Assembly: GCA_963790475.1 (NCBI GenBank)
Contig: CAWBOS010000010.1
Coordinates: forward strand, 864,001-928,000
DNA: 64,000 nucleotides
DNA from: an uncultured delta proteobacterium
Lineage (GTDB): Bacteria; Desulfobacterota; RBG-13-43-22
Reading direction: 5' to 3'
Positions within the stretch are counted from its first letter, which is position 1, and each line of letters opens with the position of its first letter. Both the position numbers and the translations under genes were made by a program. Under the pieces are notes generated by a model. It ran no database searches, was not told the origin of the DNA, and saw nothing but the letters and a program-made list of their open reading frames with translations. This document shows, one piece after another, positions 39,777 through 50,051 of this stretch.

Positions 39777-41054
39777 ATGAACAAGAAGGCAATCATATTC
39801 ATAACCGTATTAATGAGTATTTTCTTGACCCGGCTGGCGGTTGCGGAAGAATGGGATCTGAAGACCTGCCTGGACATCGGGCTAAAGCAAAATCCAACGA
39901 TTCGTGCCGCCTTGAAAGGGATTGACGCGGCGGAGGCTCGGGTAAAGCAGAGCCAGTCGACTTATTATCCCTATTTGTTTGTTGAAACCGATTACAACCG
40001 TTTTGACAACCAGAGTTCCCTGAACAGTATCTCTTCATTGAATCAGGGCCCTAACGAGCTCACCACCTATTTTTTTGGTGTGTCTCAGAATATTTACGAT
40101 TTTGGGCGCCGGGAGTACAAGGTACAGACTTCGAAGGAGGATTTAAAGACCTTTCAATGGAGCTTGAGGGATGTCCGGCTTACGGTGATTGATAATATTC
40201 GTCAAGCCTATTACGGGGTTTTACTGAGCCAACGGGCGTTAAAAGTCAGCCAGGAAGATTTAAAACGAACCCGGGACCATTTTCTACAAGCCCAGGGTTT
40301 TTACCAGGTTGGGTTGAAGGCCAAGATAGATGTAACCCAGGCTGAGGTGACGGTCATCACCGCCCAAAAGGCCTTGCTTCAGGCGGAGAGCAATGTGCAG
40401 TTGGCCTGGGTTACCCTGGCGGCTGCCATGGGTTTGGATCAACCTAAGGGCCACACCCTAAAGGACGACTTGGAAGGTGGTCGGGTGGACTGGAAACTGG
40501 AAGATCTTCAGAAGGAGGCCCTGGAGAAGGATCCGCTATTAAACCGGTTCAGGGTTATTGTCAAATTTTGGGAGGCTCAGGAACAAGAGGCCAAGAGTGA
40601 GTTTTTGCCTACTCTGACCGGCACGGCCAAATACGGATGGAACAACGGCACCAATTATTCCAATGACCAAACCTGGAATGTGGGATTGCAATTGAACCTC
40701 CCGATATTTTCCGGGTTTCTGAGAAGGTCCAAGTTGGCTGAAATTCGGGCCTCTCTGAGCCAGTCCAAGGCCAACGAAGAGATTCAGAGACTGCAAGTCC
40801 TCAGTAATCTTCAAAACCAGTTTCTCAATCTAGGGTTGGCGGAAAAACAGATCGATGTAGCCAAGGAGTCCCTGCGGAGTGCCAGTGAGAATTTGGATCT
40901 GGCCGAGGGACGTTATAAGGCCGGCGTGGGGAATATGTTAGATGTTACCGATGCCCGAAGCTCTTTTCTTCAAGCCGAGACCGATTACAACCAGGCCTTT
41001 TATAACAATATCACCGCCCGCTATAAGGTTGATAGGGCCGTCGGGAGAGAATAA
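39777..41054 (+). CDS. TolC family outer membrane protein
   Basis: Signal peptide, NPTIRAA, duplicated OEP repeats, RYKAGVGNMLDVTDA. Confidence 0.9.
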   Translation: MNKKAIIFITVLMSIFLTRLAVAEEWDLKTCLDIGLKQNPTIRAALKGIDAAEARVKQSQSTYYPYLFVETDYNRFDNQSSLNSISSLNQGPNELTTYFFGVSQNIYDFGRREYKVQTSKEDLKTFQWSLRDVRLTVIDNIRQAYYGVLLSQRALKVSQEDLKRTRDHFLQAQGFYQVGLKAKIDVTQAEVTVITAQKALLQAESNVQLAWVTLAAAMGLDQPKGHTLKDDLEGGRVDWKLEDLQKEALEKDPLLNRFRVIVKFWEAQEQEAKSEFLPTLTGTAKYGWNNGTNYSNDQTWNVGLQLNLPIFSGFLRRSKLAEIRASLSQSKANEEIQRLQVLSNLQNQFLNLGLAEKQIDVAKESLRSASENLDLAEGRYKAGVGNMLDVTDARSSFLQAETDYNQAFYNNITARYKVDRAVGRE

Positions 41055-41232
41055 GTGCCCTGGGATTTTTTTCGAAGGATTATTTCATAAATAGGGTTTG
41101 AGGATTCGAAGATTGTATAGAAAAGCGGGCCATAGGAAATGCAATATTACAACATTACAACTTGGGGTCCGGAGCCTATCGCCCTCCTTAAATCTCTTCT
41201 TTTACGGCCGCTTTTTAAATTTCAATGAACTA

Positions 41233-43104
41233 TTAAGCCGCCCGAAAAGTCATTTTTAATTCATAGACCCCTTGTTCATTTTGCCGTTTTATATCAAATC
41301 CCATCTTCTCGAATAATCGGAGCATCGGTCTGTTTTCCACCAGGACCTCGGCGGTGAACCCCAGCAAGCCGTCCCGTTTGGCCAGATAGGTTAGATAAGT
41401 CAGCAATTCCATCCCGATTCCCTGTCCCTGATAATCATCACGGGTAGCCTGGGCGACTTCAGCGGTGTGATTTTTAGGGTTTATGAAATACTGCCCTATT
41501 CCGACGACTTTCTCCATCTCTCCTTCTTTGACACAGGCCAGGATGAGCATTTCCTGGGTGTGATCGATAATCACAAATTCCTGAAGCCTTTCGTGGGGCA
41601 TGTCCTGGCGAAAAGAAATAAATCGACGATAAAGGCTTTGGTCGGAGAGGGAATAAAAAAAATCTTTTAACAGGGGCTCATCGCTGATTCTTACGGGGCG
41701 GAGAAAAAGCTGCAGTCCATTGGGGGTGGTCCGATAGATCTCCAGATGTTCGGGATATTCTCCTCTGACACCGGGGATAAAGGCTTGGTCCCGATAGATC
41801 AGATTGGCCTCTTTGGCCTTTTCGATCAACCAGGGGCGAAAATCAGGATGGGCAATGGAGATCAAGGCCATGGCCCGTTCCCGGATGTTTTTCCCCAGAA
41901 GGTAGGCGATACCATATTCCGTTACCACATAATGAATGTCTCCGCGGATAAGGGTAACCCCGGCGCCTTCCCGCAGAAAAGGAACGATACGGGACACCTT
42001 CCCCCATTCGGCCGTTGATTGAATAGCCAGGATACTTTTTCCACCCGGGGCGAGAACGGCTCCGCGCATGAAATCCGCCTGCCCGCCGATACCGCTGTAG
42101 AAAGTCTTACCCAGGGACTCGGCGGTGACCTGCCCGGTCAGATCGATCTCCAGGGCGCTGTTGATGGCGGTCATGTTATTTTGCTGGGCAATGATCAGAG
42201 GGTTATTGGTATAGTCAATATTACGGAATTCAATGCTGGGGTTGTCATGGATGAACTCATACGTTTTCTGATGCCCCATACAGAAGGTGGCCACGGTTTT
42301 CCCCCGGTTTCGGCTTTTTCGGCTGTTGTCGATCACCCCCTTTTTTATTAATTCTATGACCCCATCGGTCAACAATTCGGTGTGAACGCCCAGATGTTTT
42401 TTCTCTTTAAAACTGTCCAAAATGGCATTGGGCAGGCTTCCGTAGCCCACCTGAATGGTATCGCCGTCCTGGACCAGGCGGGCTATGTATTTCCCGATCT
42501 GACGGGCCGTTTCATCAGGGGCAACCGCTTCATATTCCAGCAGGGGTTCATCCCGGCAAATGATGAAATCGATATCTTCAATATGGACAAAGCCGTCTCC
42601 GTGAACCCGAGGCATGTGGGTGTTGACCTGGGCGATAACCGATGAAGCATTTTCCACAGCAGCCTTGACAATATCCACGCTGACTCCGACGCTCATGAAG
42701 CCATGACTATCCGGCGGTGAAGTCTGGATCATGGCCACATTGATGGGGACCAGACCCCGGCGAAACATTTCGGGAACATTGGATAGAAAGATAGGCGTAT
42801 AATCCGCCAGACCCCGATTTACCGCCTCCCGGGAATTATTTCCGACAAAGAAGGAGTTATGTCGAAAATTGTTTTTGAATTTTTCTTCGGTATAGGGAGC
42901 AACCCCCAGGGTCCAGACATGGAGAACTTCCGCATCATAGAAAGCCTTGGGGTTTGATTCCACAAAGCGGATCAGGGCCTGGACCAGATACTGGGGTTCC
43001 CCGCAGGCGGTACTGATAAAGATGCGGTCGCCCCGATGGATATGACCGAAGATTTCTTCCTCGGAGACGAATTTCTTCGGATATTTTTTTTCCATTTCCT
43101 CCAT
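41233..43104 (-). CDS. Acetyl-CoA hydrolase/transferase fused to a C-terminal GNAT domain
   Basis: LGVHTE, EIDLTGQ, SGIGGQADF, VTEYG; tail YQGQGIG...VLVENRPML.LFEKMGF. Confidence 0.9.
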   Translation of the reverse strand: MEEMEKKYPKKFVSEEEIFGHIHRGDRIFISTACGEPQYLVQALIRFVESNPKAFYDAEVLHVWTLGVAPYTEEKFKNNFRHNSFFVGNNSREAVNRGLADYTPIFLSNVPEMFRRGLVPINVAMIQTSPPDSHGFMSVGVSVDIVKAAVENASSVIAQVNTHMPRVHGDGFVHIEDIDFIICRDEPLLEYEAVAPDETARQIGKYIARLVQDGDTIQVGYGSLPNAILDSFKEKKHLGVHTELLTDGVIELIKKGVIDNSRKSRNRGKTVATFCMGHQKTYEFIHDNPSIEFRNIDYTNNPLIIAQQNNMTAINSALEIDLTGQVTAESLGKTFYSGIGGQADFMRGAVLAPGGKSILAIQSTAEWGKVSRIVPFLREGAGVTLIRGDIHYVVTEYGIAYLLGKNIRERAMALISIAHPDFRPWLIEKAKEANLIYRDQAFIPGVRGEYPEHLEIYRTTPNGLQLFLRPVRISDEPLLKDFFYSLSDQSLYRRFISFRQDMPHERLQEFVIIDHTQEMLILACVKEGEMEKVVGIGQYFINPKNHTAEVAQATRDDYQGQGIGMELLTYLTYLAKRDGLLGFTAEVLVENRPMLRLFEKMGFDIKRQNEQGVYELKMTFRAA

Positions 43105-43217
43105 TGCGCCCTTTTCCGCTCTCGATGGCCATGGATAGTTCCTTATTGAGATCCTTGCAGGGAACGAGGTTCAATCGAACCCCGCAAGGGATTTATTAAA
43201 TCTTTAACCTTTAAAAA

Positions 43218-43352
43218 TTGACGGCTTCATAAAAAGTCGTCACCCCGGCGAAAGCCGGGGTCCAGGAAACTTTGACTACTTAAAACACTGGATTCCGGCT
43301 TTCGCCGGAATGACATACTGTTGGTTTTTACGACTTTTTACCAGTTCATCAA
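43218..43352. repeat. REP-doublet/MITE-like element, copy 3
   Basis: Inner doublet 43239-43314; outer IRs TTGACGGCTTCATAAAAAGTCG / CGACTTTTTACCAGTTCATCAA. Confidence 0.85.
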
Positions 43353-43390
43353 AAGTTCTCTTTTCTCGTTTGAAGGGCCGATTCGGATAA

Positions 43391-44602
43391 TTATTTCCTT
43401 AGGTTTTCAATAACCGAAGCCACGCCAAGCCCACCACCGCAGCAGGAAGAGAAGAAAGCATATTTCCCCCCCCGCCGGGCCATTTCCTTCATGGCGAACA
43501 TGCAGATTCTTGCTCCGGAGGCCCCGTTGGGATGACCGAAGGCGATCGCTCCGCCCAGCGGGTTCCATTTGTTCATGTCCACTTTGGAACCGGTCTGCTT
43601 TTCCAGCTCCTTAATGACAGCCAGGTTCTGAACAGCAAAGGCCTCGTTGCATTCCAAAATATCGATGTCGGACAGTTTTAAGCCGGCCCGTTTCAGGGCC
43701 TTGGGTACGGCATAGGCCGGGGCAATACCCATGATCCTGGGATCGACACCGGCTTCGGCCCCTGCCAGCCATTTGGCATAAGGCTGATAACCGTATTCCT
43801 TGGCTTTTTCAGCGCTCATCATGAGCACGAAACCCGAACCGTCGTTCTGTCCGGAGGAATTGCCGGCGGTTACCGTCCCCCCTTCTTTGAAGGCCGGGGG
43901 CAGCTTGGCCATGACATCCAGCCTGGATTCCGGGCGGACATGTTCATCGACCTTAAAGACCACTTCGGGGGTCTTTCTGGTGGCCGGGAAAACTACCGGA
44001 ACGATCTCATCAACAAATTTTCCCGCTTCCATGGCCGCTTTGGCCCTCATTTGGCTGTTATAGGCAAATTCATCGGAGGCCTCACGGGGTATGTTGTACA
44101 TGCCCTGCAGATTTTCGGCCGTAATGCCCATGCCTATGTTTTCATCCGTGACCGGCGAAAGTTGCAGTCGGAGAGGGGAGGGCGGAATCAGTTTGTAGGG
44201 GGGATTGGACATCGAGAACTTGACCGGCAACTGGCTGTAGGATTCCATACCGCCGGCAATTATCACATCCGCTTGATTGGCCAAAATTTTCCAGGCGGCA
44301 TGATTGATCGAATCAATGGCCGAACCACATTGCATTTCAATATAGGAGGCCGGTGTTTCATAACCAAGACCCGCATCAAGGGTGGCCCAGCGGGCCGGGT
44401 TCATGGCCCTCGAACAATGGGCGGCACTGCCCAGAAAGACCGAGTCCACAACAACTCCCTTCTCCTTGATCTTGGCATTTTCCACAAGACCTCTGATTCC
44501 GATACCGGCCAGTTTTGAGGCCGGAATGTCTCTTAATGTTCCTCCCAAGCGACCAAAAGCCGTACGGGCGCCTTCAACAAATACCACTTCTCTTTGAGCC
44601 AT
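43391..44602 (-). CDS. Thiolase (acetyl-CoA acyltransferase)
   Basis: MQCGS, NEAF, GHPNGASG, CCGGG; AAGGAG RBS before ATG 44602. Confidence 0.93.
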   Translation of the reverse strand: MAQREVVFVEGARTAFGRLGGTLRDIPASKLAGIGIRGLVENAKIKEKGVVVDSVFLGSAAHCSRAMNPARWATLDAGLGYETPASYIEMQCGSAIDSINHAAWKILANQADVIIAGGMESYSQLPVKFSMSNPPYKLIPPSPLRLQLSPVTDENIGMGITAENLQGMYNIPREASDEFAYNSQMRAKAAMEAGKFVDEIVPVVFPATRKTPEVVFKVDEHVRPESRLDVMAKLPPAFKEGGTVTAGNSSGQNDGSGFVLMMSAEKAKEYGYQPYAKWLAGAEAGVDPRIMGIAPAYAVPKALKRAGLKLSDIDILECNEAFAVQNLAVIKELEKQTGSKVDMNKWNPLGGAIAFGHPNGASGARICMFAMKEMARRGGKYAFFSSCCGGGLGVASVIENLRK

Positions 44603-44789
44603 ATTCTTTTCTCCTTTATAATAAATTGTGCCTGCCAGAATAATCGGCATTGCCTTTTTAATACTATCAATCGAATCAGGCAAAAATCAAGCAAAATCAC
44701 ATTAATGTTTATTGACAAATATCCCCTTTTCCAATATTAAAAAAAAATCGTCTCAATTTATACCGCCCATAAAGAAGGGAGAGGTCGTC

Positions 44790-45920
44790 ATGAAACAAAA
44801 AATGATCGTCGTTATTTCCATAGGAATCCTGCTCTGTCTACCTGATTTTTTGTCGGCCAAGGAGACTGTTAAAATCGGACTGATCACCCCCCTGACCGGG
44901 GATGTGAAAACTTTCGGCGAATCGGCCAAGAACGCCTTTACCATAGCCCTTGAGGACTACGCCAAAACCGGTAAGTACCAGATTGTTCCGGTTATCGCCG
45001 ACGACAGGAATGATCCCACAGAAGGGGCGAATGGGGCCTTAAAGCTGACCACCCAGGACAAGGTGGTAGCCATTGTCGGACCTTTGACCTCCAAAGTCGC
45101 CATCCCGGTCAGCGAGATCGCCGATAGAAACAAGGTTCCCATGGTCACCGGAACTGCTACCAACCCGAAGGTGACGATTTACGACGGAAAAAGAAAGTCC
45201 TATGTTTTTCGGGCTTGTTTCATCGACCCCTTTCAAGGCAGTGTGGCCGCCAATTTCGCCCTCAGTACCTTGAAAGAAAAAACTGCGGCGGTGCTCTATG
45301 ACCTCAGCAACGATTATTCCAAAGGTCTGGCCGAGGTTTTTAAGACCACCTTTGAAAAGGGCAAAGGCACCATTACGGCTTACGAATCTTACCAAAAGGA
45401 CGATGTTGATTTTTCAGCCCTGATCACCAAGGTGGGAGTCAAGAAACCAGACCTTATTTTCATCCCTGATTATTATAACAAGGTGGCCCTCATTGCCCGC
45501 CAGGTCAGAGAAAAAGGGCTGAAAGGCATCATGATAGGCGGGGATGGCTGGGATTCCCCGGAACTGGTGAAGATCGGCGGAAAGGCCGTGATCGGAGGTT
45601 ATTTCACCAACCATTATTCTCCAGAAAGAAAAGATAAAGTCGCCGAGGCCTTTATCAATAAATACAAACAAAAACACGGGCAGGTTCCGGATGCCCTGGG
45701 AGCCTTGTCCTACGATGCTACGGTGATTGTTCTGCAGGCTTTGGATAAGGCCAAAAAACCCACATCCGAAGAGATCCTCAAATCTCTGGCCGCCTTGAAA
45801 AATTTCATGGGGGTGACCGGTAAGATCAACTTTGACAAGAATGGGGATGCGGTTAAATCGGCAGTGGTGCTTAAGGTGGAAAAGGATGGTTTTAAATATA
45901 TTTCAACGGTAAATCCTTAG
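44790..45920 (+). CDS. livK: Branched-chain amino acid ABC transporter substrate-binding protein
   Basis: VKIGLITPLTG, FRACFIDPFQG, GGDGWDS; first gene of a liv operon. Confidence 0.88.
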   Translation: MKQKMIVVISIGILLCLPDFLSAKETVKIGLITPLTGDVKTFGESAKNAFTIALEDYAKTGKYQIVPVIADDRNDPTEGANGALKLTTQDKVVAIVGPLTSKVAIPVSEIADRNKVPMVTGTATNPKVTIYDGKRKSYVFRACFIDPFQGSVAANFALSTLKEKTAAVLYDLSNDYSKGLAEVFKTTFEKGKGTITAYESYQKDDVDFSALITKVGVKKPDLIFIPDYYNKVALIARQVREKGLKGIMIGGDGWDSPELVKIGGKAVIGGYFTNHYSPERKDKVAEAFINKYKQKHGQVPDALGALSYDATVIVLQALDKAKKPTSEEILKSLAALKNFMGVTGKINFDKNGDAVKSAVVLKVEKDGFKYISTVNP

Positions 45921-45921
45921 T

Positions 45922-45986
45922 AGTTCGGAGTGATGAGTTCGGAGTTCGGAGTAAAAGACTGGTTTACCCGAACTCCGAACTCAAAC
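45922..45986. repeat. Heptamer-repeat hairpin (AGTTCGG)n / (CCGAACT)n
   Basis: Tandem imperfect 7-mers followed by their reverse complement. Confidence 0.75.
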
Positions 45987-46022
45987 TTTACCCTAAACAA
46001 ATAAGCATAGGCAGGGAGGAAC

Positions 46023-46908
46023 CTGGAACTCTAAGCTACTCCTTCAGCAGTCCATCAACGGCCTTCAGCTCGGGCGGTATATGCCCTGATCGCCCTGGGC
46101 TACACTATGGTCTACGGGTATTGCGTCTGATCAATTTCGCCCATGGGGATATCTTTATGTTCGGGGCTTTCACGGCCTATTATTTATTGACTGACGGGCG
46201 GCTGCCTTTATATCTGGTCGTCATCATCACCATGTCCGTGACCGGCGCCCTCGGTGTTTTGGTTGAAAAAATCGCTTATAGGCCCTTGCGCAATGCCCCC
46301 AAAATCTCACTGCTGATTACCGCCGTAGGCGTATCCCTGTTTCTCGAATACTTCCTGGGCCTGGACAGTCTCTTTACCTCCAATTATATCGCCTTTCCGC
46401 GCCCTTTCGAGGTCATCGTCTACGAATTTCCGCTGTTCACCATCACCAATATCAGATCATGATATTTGCCTTGACCGGTATTTCTCTCTTCTTGCTCTAC
46501 CTTTTGATTTACAAAACCAAATACGGTAAAGCGATGCGGGCGGTATCCCATGACCAGGAAACCGCCTCCTTGATGGGCATTTCAGTGGACGGGATCATTT
46601 CCTTCACCTTCATGCTGGGTACCGCTCTGGCCGGGATCGGTGGTATCCTCTACGGCTTTGCTTATCCGCAGATCAACGTCTTCATGGGTATCATGCCGGG
46701 CATCAAGTCGTTCATTGCCGCTGTAGTGGGAGGTATCGGCCTCATACACGGGGCCGTGATCGGCGGGATACTGATCGGTATTTCGGAGGTCTATGTCTCG
46801 GCCTTTCTCTCCTCAACCCTGCGCGACGGGGTGATATTCATTATCCTCCTCCTCGTCCTTCTGCTGAGGCCGAACGGTCTTTTCGGAAAAAAGGTGGAAA
46901 AGGTATGA
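46023..46908 (+). CDS. livH: Branched-chain amino acid ABC permease, several indels
   Basis: YALIALGYTMVYG, LINFAHG, GKAMRAVS, KSFIAAVVGGIG across frames. Confidence 0.85.
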
Positions 46909-47870
46909 CCTTCCTTCGGGGAGCGGCCAGGTTCCTGATTTGTACGGCCATCCTCTATCTTTTGCTCAAAGGATTCTTTCTCTCCGGTTGGGTGACCGAC
47001 TATATTCAGCAGATTATCCTTCTGACTTTTATTGTAATCTTGAATGCCCTGGGACTGAATGTCATTTACGGGTATACCGGTCAATTTTCTCTGGGACAGG
47101 CCGCTTTTTACGGCCTGGGGGCCTATACCTCCGCCTACCTTTGTTCCGTTTTTCATATAGAACATTGGATCCCTTTTATTCCGGTGCTTTTACTGAGTGG
47201 ATTATTGGCCGGTCTCGTCGGTTACCTGATCGGACTTCCCATACTCCGTCTTAGGGACGATTTTCTGGCCATCGCTACCCTCAGCTTCGGTATCCTGGTC
47301 CGGGTCCTGCTGGATAATTCCGATCGCTTTATCGAAGTCCTGGGCGGTTCGCGGGGATTTGTCGGTCTGCCCAGGATAACCAACCTCGAATTGGCCCTTT
47401 TTATCAGCGCCTTTTTGATCCTGGTCACCCGAAACCTCATCTTTTCCAAATACGGCCTGTTCTGGCAATGTATCAAGGACGATGAACTGGCCTCGCAGGT
47501 CTTCGGCATCGATACGACCAGGATGAAGCTCCTGGCCTTCAGTTACGGATGTTTCCTGTCCGGTGTCGCCGGTTCCCTTTACGCCCAACTCTACACCTTT
47601 CTTCATCCTTCGAATTTTGATTTCCTCAAATCAATTGATTTTCTGATCATTGTCATCATCGGGGGCATGGGGAGCATCACCGGTACCCTCTTTGCCGGTC
47701 TGCTCTGGGTAGGCTTTATCGAAGGACTGCGCATCCTCCTGCCCGACCGGATGCTGGAACTGCGTTGGGTCATCATTCCCGTGTTTCTCATTTTATTGAT
47801 GATGTGGAGACCCGGCGGGCTTATTGCCCGGAAAGAATCCTCCCTTTTGGGAATCGCCGACGTACCATGA
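46905..47870 (+). CDS. livM: Branched-chain amino acid ABC permease
   Basis: GYTGQFSLGQAAF, LRLRDDFLAIATL, IIGGMGS. Confidence 0.9.
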   Translation: MTFLRGAARFLICTAILYLLLKGFFLSGWVTDYIQQIILLTFIVILNALGLNVIYGYTGQFSLGQAAFYGLGAYTSAYLCSVFHIEHWIPFIPVLLLSGLLAGLVGYLIGLPILRLRDDFLAIATLSFGILVRVLLDNSDRFIEVLGGSRGFVGLPRITNLELALFISAFLILVTRNLIFSKYGLFWQCIKDDELASQVFGIDTTRMKLLAFSYGCFLSGVAGSLYAQLYTFLHPSNFDFLKSIDFLIIVIIGGMGSITGTLFAGLLWVGFIEGLRILLPDRMLELRWVIIPVFLILLMMWRPGGLIARKESSLLGIADVP

Positions 47871-48637
47871 AAGCACTGGACCTAATCCTTTTAAAGAAGA
47901 CCTTCGGCGGTGTCGACGCCGTTGATGCCCTCTCTTTTTCGGTCGATGAGTTTGAAACCGTCGGTATCATCGGACCCAACGGGGCGGGAAAGACTACCGT
48001 GTTCAACCTGATCAGCGGCCTCTATCACCCGGATTCAGGTCGTATTGTTTATTTCGGTCGAGATGTCATTGGTCTGGCCCCCTTTCGTCTGGCCGGCCTC
48101 GGCCTGTCCCGAACCTTTCAAAACCTCCGTTTGTTCAAGACCCTGACGGTAGCCGAAAACATCAAGGCGCCGATCTTACGACGGGAAGGATACGGTCCCT
48201 GGAAGGCCGTTTTCCGGACGCGGGATTTTATGCGGCTGGAAAGGGCCGCGGAAAAGAAGATCGAAGAACTGCTGGCTTTTTTCCAGATGACCGGCAAAGA
48301 ATCCCTTTCTGCTGACAGCCTTCCCTACGGCGAACAGCGAAAACTGGAATTAGCCCGGGCCCTGGCCGGGGAGCCGAGGCTGCTGTTGATCGATGAACCG
48401 GGGGCCGGTATGAACCCCAAAGAAATCCAGGACCTGGTGGGGATTATTCGCCGGATAAAAACCCATTTCCGTTTGACTATCCTGCTCATTGAACATCAGA
48501 TGGGGCTGGTCATGAACGTCTCAGACCGGGTTGTGGTCATGGATTACGGCTGTAAAATCGCCGAAGGATTGCCGGCGGAAATCAAAAATAATAGAAAGGT
48601 CATCGAGGCCTATCTTGGGGAACCTAACCTATGCTGA
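47867..48637 (+). CDS. livG: Branched-chain amino acid ABC ATPase
   Basis: GPNGAGKTT, RTFQN, LPYGEQRKLELARAL, IEAYLG. Confidence 0.92.
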   Translation: MKALDLILLKKTFGGVDAVDALSFSVDEFETVGIIGPNGAGKTTVFNLISGLYHPDSGRIVYFGRDVIGLAPFRLAGLGLSRTFQNLRLFKTLTVAENIKAPILRREGYGPWKAVFRTRDFMRLERAAEKKIEELLAFFQMTGKESLSADSLPYGEQRKLELARALAGEPRLLLIDEPGAGMNPKEIQDLVGIIRRIKTHFRLTILLIEHQMGLVMNVSDRVVVMDYGCKIAEGLPAEIKNNRKVIEAYLGEPNLC

Positions 48638-49353
48638 TGAAGATCTCCGATCTCCGGGTGACCTATGGAGTCATTAAGGCCATTGACGAAGTAAATGTTG
48701 AAGTGCAGCCGAGGGAGATAGTTTCGATCATCGGGGCCAATGGGGCAGGGAAAACCACCCTTCTGAAAACCATTGCCGGTCTTTTGCGGCCGGCAAAGGG
48801 CCAGATAGAATATCAGGGAGAAAATATCACCAAACAACGCCCGGACCGGATCGTCAGACTCGGTATCGGCCTGGTGCCGGAAGGCAGACGAGTCTTTCCG
48901 GATTTAACCGTAAAAGAAAACCTGGAGTTGGGCGCCTATGCCGTTTCCGGCAGATCGCTCCGCAAGGAATTACTTGAACTATCCCTGGCCACCTTCCCCC
49001 GATTACAAGAGCGGCTCAGACAGCCGGCCGGAACCCTGTCCGGAGGTGAACAACAGATGCTGGCTGTGGGTCGTGCCCTTATGGGCAATCCCGATCTGCT
49101 CCTCCTCGACGAACCGTCCATGGGACTTTCCCCCCTGGTAACCAGAGAAATATTCACCCTGATTAAAAAGATCAATGAGGAAAAAAGTATTTCTATGATT
49201 CTCGTGGAGCAAAACGCCCATCTGGCCCTTGATTATTCCCATCGGGCCTATGTACTGGAGTCCGGCCGGGTGGTTATGGAAGGGGAATCGGCGATGATCA
49301 AACGGAATCCGGCTGTCATCGATGCCTATCTCGGTTTCGAATCGGTAGAATAG
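48631..49353 (+). CDS. livF: Branched-chain amino acid ABC ATPase
   Basis: GANGAGKTT, VPEGRRVF, LSGGEQQML, LDEPSMGL. Confidence 0.93.
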   Translation: MLMKISDLRVTYGVIKAIDEVNVEVQPREIVSIIGANGAGKTTLLKTIAGLLRPAKGQIEYQGENITKQRPDRIVRLGIGLVPEGRRVFPDLTVKENLELGAYAVSGRSLRKELLELSLATFPRLQERLRQPAGTLSGGEQQMLAVGRALMGNPDLLLLDEPSMGLSPLVTREIFTLIKKINEEKSISMILVEQNAHLALDYSHRAYVLESGRVVMEGESAMIKRNPAVIDAYLGFESVE

Positions 49354-49432
49354 GACTTAACGGAAGGTTTACTTCCATTTGTCCTGGGAGCAAGGAGCCA
49401 AGGACGGTTGTCCTTCAGACGGAAGGAAGGGC

Positions 49433-49666
49433 TCAGATCCCCGGCAGTAAGGCACTCCAAGGGATGTCAGGATGTTTCTGGCGAAAAGATTTTGGAATAC
49501 GCTTGGCGGCTTCACCAAGAACTTCAAGACTTCTGATCACTGCATTGACGGTCTTTTTATCCTGTGAAAAAATTTCATAGGACATGCCTCCTGTGAATTC
49601 CTCGATGTCAGCAATGGAAGTTATGATATCGTTAAGGTAATCGGTGAGATCAAGCGCCTTAGACAT
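49433..49666 (-). pseudogene. HepT-like (DUF86) HEPN toxin, truncated before the RX4H motif
   Basis: YLNDI, AVIRSLEVLGEAAKRIP..HPDIPW then unrelated residues. Confidence 0.8.
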
Positions 49667-49949
49667 ACTCTACCTCGGCCAGGATACGTTTGCCAATGGC
49701 TGGTTTGAGAGCTGAGGCCATAACCAGATCAACTTTGGCGCTCAGTTTGTCTTTAAGGTACTCACGCAGATCTAAAAAGTCGAAGAGGTCGATATCACGG
49801 CTGAAGGTTACAAGTATGTCGATGTCACTCTTTTTTCTTTGCCGCTCTCTGACGCAGGAACCGAAAAGTCCAAGTTGCCGGACCCCGTAGCGGGATTCCA
49901 TCTCCGGTTTGCTGCTTTTGATGATATTTATAATCTCACTTTTTCCCAT
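49659..49949 (-). CDS. MntA-like minimal nucleotidyltransferase antitoxin
   Basis: LFGS..R......SDIDILV, KVDLV. Confidence 0.88.
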   Translation of the reverse strand: MGKSEIINIIKSSKPEMESRYGVRQLGLFGSCVRERQRKKSDIDILVTFSRDIDLFDFLDLREYLKDKLSAKVDLVMASALKPAIGKRILAEVEYV

Positions 49950-50051
49950 AATCATCCGCGACCGCTATGGTTTATAAGCTAATCATTTGACTTGCCTATG
50001 TAATATAGGATAATCCGGGTTTCCTGTCAATGTGATTTGACAACGACGATT

